A DNA stretch of 64,000 nt. It comes from Dehalococcoidia bacterium (lineage in GTDB: Bacteria > Chloroflexota > Dehalococcoidia > Bin125). Within the stretch, counting starts at the first letter, position 1, and each line of letters opens with the position of its first letter. The translations under genes and the position numbers were made by a program. The stretch is from positions 64,001-128,000 of the forward strand of contig CAXXSR010000002.1 in assembly GCA_963662615.2 (NCBI GenBank), given 5' to 3'. The notes beneath the pieces are model-generated. The model was not told the origin of the DNA. It made no database searches and saw nothing but the letters and a program-made list of their open reading frames with translations. Below, in pieces: positions 1 through 10,914 of this stretch.

Positions 1-662
1 CCGATCCGGCTGGTGGCGCTGATGTTGATGGGGGACTGCTGCTCGCCCGTGTTGCACGTGGCGAACGCGGGGCTGAGGTCGCCCCAGGCGCCGGGCCTAT
101 CCGCGGCCCCGGCGTAGGTCCAGTGCGGCGCGCCGCCGCCGTGCGCCTCTTCGGCGGCCGGCTCCGCGTCCCCGTGCTCGGGGGCGGCGTCGACTGCCTC
201 GTGAGGGTCAACGGCGCCGTGCTCCGCGCCGCCGGCTTCCTCCGCCGTCGCGGCCACCTCGTGAGCGGTCGCGGCGTCCTGATCGGCGGCCTCTCCGTGC
301 TCAGCGACGGCGGCGCCGTGCTCGGCGACCTCTCCGTGCTCAGCAACGGCGGCGCCGTGCTCGGCGACCTCTTCTCCGTGCTCAGCGACGGCGGCGCCGT
401 GTTCGGCGACCTCTTCTCCGTGCTCAGCGACGGCGGCCCCGTTGTGTCCGGCTCCGCCGCCCTCCGCCTCGTGCTCGGGCTCGGTGGCAGCGTGCTCTTG
501 ATCAGCCGCTCGCTGCTCCCGCAGTTCGGCCAGCGTCGACCCCTCCCCTGCGCCCTCGGACGCGGCGCTATCGCCGCCGCCGCAGGCCGCGAACAGCAAC
601 ATCGCGGCGACCGGGAAGATGAGCAGAGCCGGCCAGTTCCTCTTGCGTCGAAACATCTGCAT
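1..662 (-). CDS. Alpha-carbonic anhydrase lipoprotein with His/Glu-rich N-terminal repeats (5' part only; runs off the window edge)
   Basis: Manual translation from ATG at 662: MQMFRRKRNWPALLIFPVAAMLLFAAC (lipobox), then EHGAAVAEHGEEVA repeats, then PHWTYAGAADRPGAWGDLSPAFATCNTGEQQSPINI, the typical alpha-CA N-terminal motif. Not in the ORF track because its stop lies outside the window. Confidence 0.85.
   Translation of the reverse strand, partial: MQMFRRKRNWPALLIFPVAAMLLFAACGGGDSAASEGAGEGSTLAELREQRAADQEHAATEPEHEAEGGGAGHNGAAVAEHGEEVAEHGAAVAEHGEEVAEHGAAVAEHGEVAEHGAAVAEHGEAADQDAATAHEVAATAEEAGGAEHGAVDPHEAVDAAPEHGDAEPAAEEAHGGGAPHWTYAGAADRPGAWGDLSPAFATCNTGEQQSPINISATSRI
291..437 (-). repeat. In-frame 39/42-nt tandem repeat, about 4 copies, encoding EHGAAVAEHGE(E)VA
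   Basis: Repeated ctctccgtgctcagcgacggcggcgccgtgctcggcgac units on the + strand. Confidence 0.9.
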
Positions 663-985
663 TTCGCCTCCAGAATCCAACGATGTTGCCCACTAAGGGT
701 CGTCCCCGCCCCGGCGTCCACTGACGCCTTCTTAGGCGAGCATGTCCAACGTAAGAGGACGCACCCACGCGCCCCATCGGGGATCATGCTTAGGCGGACA
801 CCGGAAAAGTCAGATTCCAGGCGAATATTTCTCGGGAGCCTTAAGGCGAAGCCAAAGGGCCTGCCGCCCTTCCGGAGGAAGGACCCCGCCCGCCCCGCAG
901 CCTCTCAGGTGGCCCAGCGCGATGCGTCGGCGGGACGTGGCTCGCCCCCAACGCCGCCCAACCGCCCGCAGCGAAGCCCGCGTTC

Positions 986-2197
986 CTAGCTCCCGGCAGC
1001 CGCGGCCATAGCAGCCCGCCAGCGGCCCTCAAGGTCGGCGGCGCGCACTGTCTCCAGGACGTAATCCCCGTAGGCGCGGGAGGTCGCCCCGGTGTCACGG
1101 CCGGTCATGACCAGCGCGCGCTCGTACTGACCGCAGAGGTCCAGGGCTCTGTTGAGGCGGTCGCCGAGTTCCGCGTAGCCGATGTGGGAGAGGAGCATGG
1201 CGCCGGCGCGGATCAGGGAGGAGGGATCGGCGTACTGGGCACGCCCCTCCCGCACCATCCGCGGGGCGGAGCCGTGGATCGCCTCGAACATCGCGCAGCG
1301 ATTGCCAATGTTGGCGCTGCCGGCCGTGCCCACGCCGCCCTGTAGCTCGGCCGCCTCGTCCGTGAGGATGTCGCCATAGAGGTTGGGCAGCACCAGGACC
1401 TGGAAGCCGGCGCGGCGCTTGGGGTCCACCAGCTTCGCCGTCATGATGTCGATGTACCAGCCCTCCCAGGAGATGCCCGGGTAGTCCTCTCCCACCTGCC
1501 GAGCCGCGTCCAGAAAGGCGCCGTCCGTGGTCTTGACCACGTTGGCCTTCGTTACCACGGTGACGCTGGTCTTGCCGTTGGCCTTCGCAAATTCAAACGC
1601 CGCCCGAATGATGCGCTCGTTCCCCGGGTTGGAGAGAATCTTGAAATCGATGTTGAGGTCGTGCCACTGCAGGCCCTGGCTGCCCACGGCGTAGACGTCT
1701 TCCGTGTTCTCGCGGAAAAAGGTCCAATCGACTCCCTGGGACGGGATCCGCACGGGCCGGACGTTGGCAAAGAGGTCCAGCTCCTTGCGCATGGCAACGT
1801 TGGCGCTCTCAATGTTGGGCCATTGATCGCCCTTTTCCGGCGTGGTGGTGGGGCCTTTGAGCGTGACGTGGCACTGCTTGATGGCGGTGAGGATGTCGGC
1901 GGGGATCGCTTCGCCGGCGGCGGCGCGATTCTCAATGGTCAGGCCGTCGATGGTGCGAAACTCGACGGCGCCCGCCGCCAGCTGGTCCACCAGCAACACT
2001 TCCAGGACATGCCGCGCCTCGGCGGCGATGGCGGGACCAATGCCGTCGCCACCAATGACGCCAATGATCACCGTTTTCAGGGCCCGGTAATCAATGGGGT
2101 CGCCCTGCTCCTTGATCCGTGCGACGCGGGCGGCCTGCTCCTCCAGGATGCGGCCGAAGTGCTCCTTGGCGTCTTCAATCGCGTCTACGCGCGCCAC
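986..2197 (-). CDS. Isocitrate/isopropylmalate-family beta-decarboxylating dehydrogenase (probably isocitrate dehydrogenase)
   Basis: [45 protein letters not shown] and EAIHGSAP motifs; a separate leuB lies at 53868. Confidence 0.85.
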   Translation of the reverse strand: MARVDAIEDAKEHFGRILEEQAARVARIKEQGDPIDYRALKTVIIGVIGGDGIGPAIAAEARHVLEVLLVDQLAAGAVEFRTIDGLTIENRAAAGEAIPADILTAIKQCHVTLKGPTTTPEKGDQWPNIESANVAMRKELDLFANVRPVRIPSQGVDWTFFRENTEDVYAVGSQGLQWHDLNIDFKILSNPGNERIIRAAFEFAKANGKTSVTVVTKANVVKTTDGAFLDAARQVGEDYPGISWEGWYIDIMTAKLVDPKRRAGFQVLVLPNLYGDILTDEAAELQGGVGTAGSANIGNRCAMFEAIHGSAPRMVREGRAQYADPSSLIRAGAMLLSHIGYAELGDRLNRALDLCGQYERALVMTGRDTGATSRAYGDYVLETVRAADLEGRWRAAMAAAAGS

Positions 2198-2310
2198 TGC
2201 CGCTCCTTCCGCGCCTCGTCACGTGAGGGCGGCACCCATGGGCCCGCCGCGCCCGAGTCTCAAGGATCGCCCTCGGCGGCGCAAGCGGCCACGTTGGCGG
2301 GCCGGCCGAC

Positions 2311-4311
2311 TTAGCCGCTCAGCCCCAAGTCGCGGAGGAAGGCGTTGGGCGTGGGCTCGCGGCCGAGAAACTCCCGCACGAGCGCATCGCCGTCCTCAGC
2401 GCCACCGCGCTCCAAGATCATGCGCCGATAATCCCGGCCCAACGCGGGATCGTGGAGACCGCCCTGCTCAAAGCGCGTGAACATGTCGTCGCCGTAGACC
2501 TTCGACCAAAGGTAGCCGTAGTAGCCGGCGTCGTAGCCGAAGAGATGACCGAAGCCCGCCTGAAAGTGCGTATCGCTGACGAAGGGGAAGCCGGTGATGG
2601 GATGGAGTTCCCGCGCGATGGCGTCGGTGTCCTTCCGTTGCCCGGGGCCGTGATAGGCGAGGTCGAGGCGGGCGAAGTAGATCTGTCGCAGCGTGGCGAT
2701 GCCGCTGCTGACGTTCTTGGCCGCCACCATGCGGTCGATCAGGTCCGCCGGCAGCGGATCGCCGCTGCGGTGGTGGCGGGTGAAGCTCCGCAGGACGTCG
2801 GGCTGCCAGCACCAGTGCTCCAGCATCTGCGAAGGCGCCTCCACGAAGTCACGCTCCACGTGGGTGCCGGCAAAGCGGAGATAGCGGGAACGGGTCAGCG
2901 TCTGGTGGAGGATGTGGCCGAACTCGTGGAAGAGTGTGATGACCTCCGAATGTCGCAGCAGCGACGGCGACACGGCGGTGGGCTTGGTGAAGTTCGCCAC
3001 CATCGCGCTGATGGGCCGCTGGTACGTTCCGTCCGCAAGCAGGCGCCCGTTTCGCAGCGGGAAGGCCGCGGCGTGGCCGAACTTGTCCGGCCGCGGGTGC
3101 AGGTCCAGGTAAAAGTGGCCGAGGAGTTGCTCCTCCCGCGCATCGACGATGTCGAAGAGGCGCACGTCCGGATGCCACGGCCGCGCTTCCGCATGGGGCA
3201 GGAAGCGGACGCCCACCAGCGTTTGGTAGACAGCGAAGAGGCCCTCCAGCACGGCGTCCAGCGGGAAATACTCGACGACCTCGAAAGGGTCAACGCGGTG
3301 CTCTTCACGCAGGACGCGCTGTGTGTAGTAGCGCCAATCCCAGATCTGCACGGGGGCATCGCCGTCCAGGTGGCCTCGCCTCGATTCGCGCAGGACCTCC
3401 ATGTCAGCCCGGGCTTTGAACGCCACGCGGCGTTCCAGGTCATCGAGAAAATCGCCCACCGCGTGAGCCGTCTTGGCGACGCGAATCTCCAGCACGAAGT
3501 CGGCCCAGGAGCCGTAGCCAAGGGTCGTGGCGACGTCGTCGCGCAGCGCCACGGCCTCCTCCAGCAGCGCCAGATTCGTCTCGGACGCCTTGTTGTGGTT
3601 CTTGCGAAAGAGCGCTTCACGAAGGGCGCCGTCGTCCGCGGACTCCAGGAACGGGAACAGCTCTGGGTAGTCCAAGGAGACGCGGTACTGCGTCTCCCCG
3701 TTCACCTCTTCGGTGCGCAACCCCTGGATGTACGAATCCGGCAGGCCCGCGAGCTGGTCGCGTGAGAGAAGGAGGGCATCGTCATATTCATCGATGTTGC
3801 GACGAAACGCGATGCTCAGGGAGACCAGCCGCTCTTGTCGTTCCTGGACGTGACGCCGCTTCTGGGGCGACAGATCCATGCCGTTGCGGCGGAAGTCGCG
3901 AAGCTCGTGCGCCAGCAGGCGGGCTGCGTCGCCCTCCAGCGACCGGCCTTCGGCGCTGTCCGCGTACGCGCGCACGGCTCGCGAGATCTCCTCGCGAAAG
4001 CCCAGGGCGGTGGCAAAGGTGTCCAGTCGCTCCTCGTACTCGTGCGCCGTCTCGCGGATGGCGGCGTCGGTCGCCACCTGCGAGAGGAAACCGTAGCGGC
4101 CGCCGGCCTGGTCCAGGAGGTCGGCGATCTCCTCCAGCGGTTGCAGCGTGTTCTGAAACGTCCGCTGGCCCTCCGGCACGGAAGCCAGTTCGTCCACGAG
4201 CGCTTCGGCCCCGCGCATGGCGGCCTCGCAGCCGCTGCCGATCGCGGCCGGCGTGACGCCGGCGTAGTCGAAGGGAGCGAAGGGGTCGGCGGAGGCGTCC
4301 GAAGTTGCCAT
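2311..4311 (-). CDS. M3 family oligopeptidase (thimet oligopeptidase/PrlC-like)
   Basis: HEFGH zinc motif, DFVEAPSQMLE, FGHLFGYDAGYYGYLWS; start placed at MATSD. Confidence 0.92.
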   Translation of the reverse strand: MATSDASADPFAPFDYAGVTPAAIGSGCEAAMRGAEALVDELASVPEGQRTFQNTLQPLEEIADLLDQAGGRYGFLSQVATDAAIRETAHEYEERLDTFATALGFREEISRAVRAYADSAEGRSLEGDAARLLAHELRDFRRNGMDLSPQKRRHVQERQERLVSLSIAFRRNIDEYDDALLLSRDQLAGLPDSYIQGLRTEEVNGETQYRVSLDYPELFPFLESADDGALREALFRKNHNKASETNLALLEEAVALRDDVATTLGYGSWADFVLEIRVAKTAHAVGDFLDDLERRVAFKARADMEVLRESRRGHLDGDAPVQIWDWRYYTQRVLREEHRVDPFEVVEYFPLDAVLEGLFAVYQTLVGVRFLPHAEARPWHPDVRLFDIVDAREEQLLGHFYLDLHPRPDKFGHAAAFPLRNGRLLADGTYQRPISAMVANFTKPTAVSPSLLRHSEVITLFHEFGHILHQTLTRSRYLRFAGTHVERDFVEAPSQMLEHWCWQPDVLRSFTRHHRSGDPLPADLIDRMVAAKNVSSGIATLRQIYFARLDLAYHGPGQRKDTDAIARELHPITGFPFVSDTHFQAGFGHLFGYDAGYYGYLWSKVYGDDMFTRFEQGGLHDPALGRDYRRMILERGGAEDGDALVREFLGREPTPNAFLRDLGLSG

Positions 4312-4478
4312 AGCGTTGGCAACCGTATCAGAGCATTGGCGCTCAGGGCGCAGCGGAGGAGCAGGCGCGCGGGAGGTGGTATACAGGTGCGAGAAAGCGC
4401 CAGCCGGGCAGGATCCGAATGTCGTGACGGGTTGAAGCCGGCCTCGATTGGAATGATGACCACGCCCCGGAAAGCGCC

Positions 4479-5648
4479 ATGGAAGCCGCACTGATCGTCG
4501 TCACTGTGGTCGCCGTCCTCCTCGGAGGCGCCGTGATCTACTTGATCGCGCGCCGGGCACGGTCGAGCGACGTCGATACCGAACCGCTCCTGACGGCCTT
4601 GCGCGGCGGCATCGCAGAGCTGCAGCAGCGGGCGCTGCAAGACAATAGCGAACAGTTCCTTACTCTCGCCGACGCTCGGCTCAAAACGGAGACGGCCCGC
4701 GGCGAGGAGCAGCTGAAGTCGCGCCAGCGGGAGATCGACACGGGGATGCGCAACATTGCGCAGGCATTGGAGAAGATGACCGGGTTCGTCCAAGCCGTGG
4801 ACAAGAAACGCAGCGACAGCATCCTTGAACTCGCCACGGTGACGACCGCGCTGATGGAAACAACCAGTCGGCTCGATCAGGCGCTCGCCGGCGGGCAGAC
4901 GCGTGGACAGTGGGGCGAGCGCATGGCGGAGGACGTCCTCCGCGTTGCGGGGTTCATTGAGGGTGTGAACTTTCGCAAGAACAGGCAGATCGATGCCGGC
5001 ACAACTCGCCCCGATTTCACGTTCCTCCTACCGCAAGAGCGGGTGCTGCACATGGATGTGAAGTTCCCGCTGGCCGGCTACCTGCGCTTCCTTGAGGCGG
5101 ACACGGACAGCAGCCGGACCGCCGCTACCAAGGAATTCCTCACGGACGTACGCCAACGGATCAAGGAAGTCACGACCCGGGATTACATCGATCCCGGCAA
5201 CGGGACACTCGATTACATGCTCGTCTTCATCCCCAACGAGCAGGTCTACGGATTCATTCACCAACAGGACGCGAGCATCGCGGACGAGGCGCTGCGCCAA
5301 CGCGTCGTGCTCTGTTCGCCGCTCACCCTCTTCGCCGTCCTCGCCGTGATGCGGCAGGCAATGGAAAACTTCCGTCTCGAGCAACATGCGAATGAGATCC
5401 TCGCGGCGCTGGGGGCATTCAACAAGCAGTGGACCAATTTCAAGGAGGCCATGGACGGCGTTGGGCGGCGCATCGAGCAGACGCAGAAGGCCTACGACAT
5501 CATGTCGGGAACGCGAGTGCGCCAGCTCGACCGGCAGGTCACCCGAGTTGAGCGACTGCGGCAGGAAGCGGGCATCGAAGCCGTGCTGCTGGATGAAGGC
5601 CAGCAGGATCCGGCCGAGATCCCCCCGTCCGTGGCCGACGTGGATTGA
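4479..5648 (+). CDS. rmuC: DNA recombination protein RmuC
   Basis: N-terminal TM and coiled coil, RGQWGE, RPD...DVKFPL, FIPNE, CSPLTL motifs. Confidence 0.9.
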   Translation: MEAALIVVTVVAVLLGGAVIYLIARRARSSDVDTEPLLTALRGGIAELQQRALQDNSEQFLTLADARLKTETARGEEQLKSRQREIDTGMRNIAQALEKMTGFVQAVDKKRSDSILELATVTTALMETTSRLDQALAGGQTRGQWGERMAEDVLRVAGFIEGVNFRKNRQIDAGTTRPDFTFLLPQERVLHMDVKFPLAGYLRFLEADTDSSRTAATKEFLTDVRQRIKEVTTRDYIDPGNGTLDYMLVFIPNEQVYGFIHQQDASIADEALRQRVVLCSPLTLFAVLAVMRQAMENFRLEQHANEILAALGAFNKQWTNFKEAMDGVGRRIEQTQKAYDIMSGTRVRQLDRQVTRVERLRQEAGIEAVLLDEGQQDPAEIPPSVADVD

Positions 5649-5761
5649 GGTCGAATCTTTACCCCCTTGTATAAGAAGGCGGAGCCTCGGGGGCGCGCCC
5701 CCAGCGAGACGCAGGCGCTTGCTGCCGGACGAGGCAGCGAATCGAGGAGGAGGCGGGCGGC

Positions 5762-7162
5762 ATGACGGACCTCAACTTTGCCTCGATCGAAGAGCTGGCG
5801 GCGCTGATCCGCGCGAAGGATCTGTCCCCAGCGGAGCTGATGGAGCACACCCTGGCGCGGATTGAGGCGCTGAACCCACGGCTGAACGCGCTGGTGGCGC
5901 TGGATGCCGAGCGGGCGCGCGCGGAGGCGGCGGCGCAGACGCGGCGGCTGGCCGCCGGCGAGGAGCTGGGACCGCTGGGGGGCATCCCGCTCGGGGTGAA
6001 GGACCTGGAAAACGCGGCGGGGTTCGTGACCACCCGAGGCTCCCGCCTCTTCCGCGACAGCCCGCCCGCCCCCGAGGACGATGTGCACGTCGCCCGCCTC
6101 AGGGCGGCGGGGGCGATCGTGGTGGGAAAGACGAACACGCCCGAGTTCGGCCTCTTTCCCTACACCGACAACGAGCTGTTCGGCCCCACGCGCAACCCCT
6201 GGAAGCCGGAGCGGACGCCGGGCGGCTCCAGCGGCGGGTCGGCAGCGGCGTTGGCCTCCGGCATGCTGGCCCTGGCGACGGCCTCGGACGGGGGCGGGTC
6301 GATCAGGATCCCGGCCTGCTACAGCGGGCTGTACGGGCTCAAGCCATCGTTCGGGCGGGTCCCCATCGCGCCGCGCCTCCACGACGCCTGGATGGACACC
6401 AGCGTCTACGGCCCGCTCACGCGCACCGTCCCGGATGCGGCGCTCCTGCTCGACATCATGGCCGGCCCGCACGACGGCGACCGCAATTCGCTGCCGGCAG
6501 CCGGAATTTCCTATCGGCAGCGGCTGGAAGCGCCGTTGCCCCCTCTGCGCATCGCCTTCAACCGCACGCTGGGCGTCACCCGCGTGCAAGCGGACGTGAT
6601 GCGTGAGGTGGAGGCGGCCGTCAACACCTTCTCCGAACTGGGCCACGCCGTGGAGGAGAACGAGGACACGATCCCGGAGACGGGGTTGTGGTGGTTGAAG
6701 ATCGCGGCCTTCAACATTCTGGGGGAGCTGTGGGAGGCGTACTCGACCCACCACGACGCGATCGGCGCCGCCGCGCACGCCCTGCTGGAGCCCGGTCTGG
6801 ACACCGACGCCGAGGATTTCGGCACGTTCGCGCGGTTGCGCCGTGAGATCACGGAGTGGACCCGGGGGCTTTTCGAGCGCTACGACCTGCTGCTCACGCC
6901 AACCTTGCCCACGGAGGCGTTCTCGGCGGAAGGGCCCATCCCCATGGAGCTGGACGGCGAGCCGTTCAGCCCCATCGCTTTCACCTACCCGTTCAATTTC
7001 ACCGGCCACCCCGCCGCGTCGCTGCGGGCCGGGATGACCGATAACGGGCTGCCCTGCGGGCTGCAGATCGTGGGGCCGCGCTTCCGCGACGACTTGGTGC
7101 TACAGGCGTCGCGGGCGTACGAGCGGGCCCGACCCTGGGCGGATCGGTGGCCCGAGCTCTAG
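5762..7162 (+). CDS. Amidase signature family enzyme
   Basis: GVKD, GKTNTPEFG, PGGSSGGSAAA, SDGGGSIRIPA. Confidence 0.95.
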   Translation: MTDLNFASIEELAALIRAKDLSPAELMEHTLARIEALNPRLNALVALDAERARAEAAAQTRRLAAGEELGPLGGIPLGVKDLENAAGFVTTRGSRLFRDSPPAPEDDVHVARLRAAGAIVVGKTNTPEFGLFPYTDNELFGPTRNPWKPERTPGGSSGGSAAALASGMLALATASDGGGSIRIPACYSGLYGLKPSFGRVPIAPRLHDAWMDTSVYGPLTRTVPDAALLLDIMAGPHDGDRNSLPAAGISYRQRLEAPLPPLRIAFNRTLGVTRVQADVMREVEAAVNTFSELGHAVEENEDTIPETGLWWLKIAAFNILGELWEAYSTHHDAIGAAAHALLEPGLDTDAEDFGTFARLRREITEWTRGLFERYDLLLTPTLPTEAFSAEGPIPMELDGEPFSPIAFTYPFNFTGHPAASLRAGMTDNGLPCGLQIVGPRFRDDLVLQASRAYERARPWADRWPEL

Positions 7163-7346
7163 CGGGCTAGTCCCGCAGCGGCTCCACGCCGGCGCGCGGC
7201 CCTGGGACCCGGATTGCCAAACGGCGTCGGTGAAGCGCCTGTCGCAAACGCCATCGGCGAATTTGGTCACGCCAGCCTCCCCCGCGTCGACGGCGGAGCG
7301 CCGCCGCATGCTTGCTACACTCGCCGCAGCCAACCCGAGGGGAACC

Positions 7347-9908
7347 ATGATCGAACACGCCGACCCAGCCGGGCCGAATGTGCTTACGCAAGAGGAGGCG
7401 GCTCAACGAGTCCGCCAGATCAGCGAGGTGGAATACGACCTCGCGCTTTCGCTCCGGGCCGGGGCGACCGGCTATGAAGGCGACGCCACGCTCCGCTTCC
7501 GGCACACGAGCCCATCGGCGGGAACGGTCCTCGACTTCACCGGCAAGGAGATCATCCGCCTCGCCATCAACGACGACGAAGTTACCGAGGCGCGCTGGGC
7601 ACGGAACCGGCTCCATCTGCCGGGCGACCGTCTACGCGAGCAGAACATCGTCCGCATCGTCTATCGCAATGAGTACGACCACACGGGAGTGGGCCTGCAT
7701 CAGTTCGTCGATCCGGAAGACGGCCAGGAGTACCTCTACACACAATTTGAGCCGTATGAGGCGCACCGGCTGCTGCCCTGCTTCGACCAGCCCGATATCA
7801 AGGCGCGTTACCGCCTCCGCGTGGCCGCCCCGGCGGACTGGGTCGTGGTCACGAACTACCCCGAGGCGGCGAGAGGGCCGGCCGATGAGGGCCGCACGGC
7901 GCGGGAGTTCGAGCAGACGGCGAAGTTCAGCCCCTACCTTCTTGCCCTCGTCGTGGGACCGTTCCGCCGGTTCGACGATCGCTACCGCGACGTCCCGCTG
8001 GCCGTCTACTGCCGGGAGTCGCTGGCGAGACACATGGACGCGGAGGAGTTCTTCGAGATCACCAAGCAGGGCTTGGGAGCCTTCGAGGAGTACTTCGACT
8101 ACCCCTACCCGTTCGCCAAGTACGATCAGCTCTTCGTGCCCGAGTTCAATTTCGGCGCCATGGAGAACGTCGGTTGCGTGACCTTCAGCGAGCGAATGAT
8201 CTTCCGCGATCCGCCCACGGAGCTGCAGCGCCTCAATCGTGCCGAGGTGGTGCTGCACGAGATGGCGCATATGTGGTTCGGCGACCTTGTCACCATGCGC
8301 TGGTGGAACGACCTCTGGCTGAATGAGAGCTTCGCCACATACATGGCCTACCTGGTCATGCACCAGGCGACGCGTTTTCGCGCCGGCGCCTGGCCGGCCT
8401 TCAACGCGCGCATGAAGGCCTGGGCGTACCGGCAGGACCAGCTGGTCACCACCCACCCGATCTCGGGAGAGGTGCCCGACACCGACGCCACCTTCCTCAA
8501 CTTTGACGGAATCACGTACGGCAAGGGCGCGTCCGTCCTCAAGCAGCTGGTGGCAGCCATTGGACCGGAGGGGTTCCGGGCGGGAATGCGCCACTACTTC
8601 CGCCGCTACGAATGGGGCAACACCACGCTGCAAGAGTTCCTGGGAGCGCTGGAAGAGGGATCGGGGCGTGACCTCGGGCAGTGGTCCGCGGTGTGGCTGG
8701 AGACAGCGGGGTTGAACACCTTGACGCCGGTCTGGAACCCCCGTGCAGGCGCCATCGATTCGTTCAGCATTGAGCAATCGGCGCCGGCGGATCATCCAAC
8801 CCTGCGGCCGCATCGGATCGAGCTGGCCGTCTTCGACGCCGACGCCGACGGCGCCCCAGTCCTGCGCGACGCCGTCCCGCTGGAGGTCGACGGTGCGCGC
8901 ACGGAGGTGGCGGCGCTGGCCGGGGCCGCCGCGCCGGCCGCCGTCTTTCCCAACTACGGCGATCACGCCTACACCAAAGTCGCGCTGGACGGCCGCTCCC
9001 TGACCTTCGTGCGTGAGCGGCTGGAGCGCTTCGACGATCCGCTCCTGCGGCTGCAGCTCTGGGGGACGCTCTGGGAGATGGTGCGGGACCAGCGCTTTCG
9101 CTCCACAGAGTACCTGGCGCTCGTGCGTGAGAAAGCGCCGCTGGAAGGAGAGCTGGAGCTGACCAGCACGATCCTGGGCAACGCGCACTTCGTGCTGGCA
9201 CGCTACCTGCCGGAGGCGCGGCGCCCGGCGGAAGCGGCGAAACTCTACGACCTTGCCTGGGAGCGGCTCTACGCCAGCGAGGAGCAGGACTTCCGCATCG
9301 TCTGGGCGCGGGCGGCCATCGCAGCGGCCGAGAACGAGGACGCGATCGTCAAACTGCTGGCGCTGGCCGACGAGGGGACCGGGATTGCGGGCTTCGAGCT
9401 GGACCAGGAGATGCGCTGGGGGCTGGTGATCAAGGCCGGCGCCTACGCCTTGCCGGACGCCGCCAAACGCCTGGCAGCGGAACAGGAGCGCGACGCCAGC
9501 GATCGCGGGGTGCGCGCGGGGGAGACCGCCCGCACTTCCGCACCGGACTCAGAGGTGAAGGCGGCGGGCTGGCATCGATTCACCAGCGATCGGGAGTCGT
9601 CACTGCACGTACTCCGTGCTGCGATGCAGGGGTTCTTCTGGCCGCATCAGACGGACCTGACGAAGGAGTACGTGGGGCGTTTCTTCAATGAAGTGCGCAA
9701 CGTCTTCCAGACGCGGGACAAGGATTTCGCGACCGCCTATTTCCACACGCTCTATCCGCACCACCTCCTCACGGAGGAGGTCACCGGCGGCACGGAGGAT
9801 CTGATCGGAACGCTCGCGCCGGACGAGCCGCTGTTGGACCGGAGCTTGCGGGAGGCGCTGGACGAAGTGCGACGGGCCGCTGCCTGTCGCGACTTCGCGG
9901 CGTCGTGA
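7347..9908 (+). CDS. pepN: Aminopeptidase N (M1 family)
   Basis: GAMEN and HEMAH...WLNESFA motifs; TQFEPYEAHR. Confidence 0.95.
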   Translation: MIEHADPAGPNVLTQEEAAQRVRQISEVEYDLALSLRAGATGYEGDATLRFRHTSPSAGTVLDFTGKEIIRLAINDDEVTEARWARNRLHLPGDRLREQNIVRIVYRNEYDHTGVGLHQFVDPEDGQEYLYTQFEPYEAHRLLPCFDQPDIKARYRLRVAAPADWVVVTNYPEAARGPADEGRTAREFEQTAKFSPYLLALVVGPFRRFDDRYRDVPLAVYCRESLARHMDAEEFFEITKQGLGAFEEYFDYPYPFAKYDQLFVPEFNFGAMENVGCVTFSERMIFRDPPTELQRLNRAEVVLHEMAHMWFGDLVTMRWWNDLWLNESFATYMAYLVMHQATRFRAGAWPAFNARMKAWAYRQDQLVTTHPISGEVPDTDATFLNFDGITYGKGASVLKQLVAAIGPEGFRAGMRHYFRRYEWGNTTLQEFLGALEEGSGRDLGQWSAVWLETAGLNTLTPVWNPRAGAIDSFSIEQSAPADHPTLRPHRIELAVFDADADGAPVLRDAVPLEVDGARTEVAALAGAAAPAAVFPNYGDHAYTKVALDGRSLTFVRERLERFDDPLLRLQLWGTLWEMVRDQRFRSTEYLALVREKAPLEGELELTSTILGNAHFVLARYLPEARRPAEAAKLYDLAWERLYASEEQDFRIVWARAAIAAAENEDAIVKLLALADEGTGIAGFELDQEMRWGLVIKAGAYALPDAAKRLAAEQERDASDRGVRAGETARTSAPDSEVKAAGWHRFTSDRESSLHVLRAAMQGFFWPHQTDLTKEYVGRFFNEVRNVFQTRDKDFATAYFHTLYPHHLLTEEVTGGTEDLIGTLAPDEPLLDRSLREALDEVRRAAACRDFAAS

Positions 9909-10035
9909 CGGGGGAGCGCCTGCAGTCCAACCGCATCGGGGCCGCCCTTCGCCGTCGAGATGAACGGAATTGAAGGCGCTAGGGCCGGCGGCGGCGATAC
10001 CATGACGGTGAAGGGCAAACGGACACGCCGCACTC

Positions 10036-10788
10036 ATGGATCGCTTCCCCGACACCTCCTGGGACCCCGATCGGCCGGACGTCGCCACGTTGCTGGCCGG
10101 GGCCCGGGTACGCGACACGGGACAGATCGCCGAGGCTTCTAATTACGTCTTCCTGCTGGCGCTAGAGGACGACGAAGCGGGCCTGGGTTACGCGGTCTAC
10201 AAGCCGCTGCGGGGCGAGTCGCCCCTCTGGGACTTTCCGCCGGCCCTCTATAAGCGGGAGGTGGCAAGCTACCTGGTCAGTCAGGCGCTCGGCTGGGGCC
10301 TGATCCCGCCCACCGTCGCCCGCGCCGACGGGCTGGAGCACGGCGTCGGCTCCCTCCAGCTCTACATCGCCGTCGATCATCGCTGCACCTACTTCGACCT
10401 GCGCGATGCGCACGCGGAGACCATGCAGCGCATCGCCACGTTCGACTGGCTCACGAATAACGCGGACCGCAAGGGCGGGCACGTCGTGCTGGACGCGCGC
10501 GGGCGGGTCTGGGGCATTGACAACGCCCTCACGTTCCACACGGAGGAAAAGCTGCGCACGGTGATCTGGGATTACGCCGGCGAAGCGGTCCCGGAGGCGC
10601 TGCTGGCCGACGTCGGCGCCCTCGTCGCACGGCTGCAAGGCGACTCCGAGCTGCAGCGCGATCTTGGCCAATTCCTGGATCCCAGCGAACTGGCGATGCT
10701 GGAGCGGCGGGGGCAGGCGATCCTTGACACGCCGCGCCTCCCGCATCCGCCTCAGGGGCGCCGCCCCTATCCCTGGCCGCTTATTTAG
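10036..10788 (+). CDS. SCO1664-family PI3/PI4-kinase-like protein
   Basis: AVYKP.RGE.PLWDFP, REVASY, NNADRKGGH and IDN motifs. Confidence 0.8.
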   Translation: MDRFPDTSWDPDRPDVATLLAGARVRDTGQIAEASNYVFLLALEDDEAGLGYAVYKPLRGESPLWDFPPALYKREVASYLVSQALGWGLIPPTVARADGLEHGVGSLQLYIAVDHRCTYFDLRDAHAETMQRIATFDWLTNNADRKGGHVVLDARGRVWGIDNALTFHTEEKLRTVIWDYAGEAVPEALLADVGALVARLQGDSELQRDLGQFLDPSELAMLERRGQAILDTPRLPHPPQGRRPYPWPLI

Positions 10789-10914
10789 CGAGCGCGGCGA
10801 GAGGAGCGAGCTGCGAGACGTTCCCTCGCCGCGCTCAATGCGCGGCCGCACCACTGCGTTTGATCGGTGCCAAGGCGGCTCCGCCGTGCGGCGACGGCGA
10901 TGGCAGAACTCCAC

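Noticed and set aside
123-989. 288-aa + strand ORF
   Set aside because: It is the antisense shadow of the carbonic anhydrase gene.
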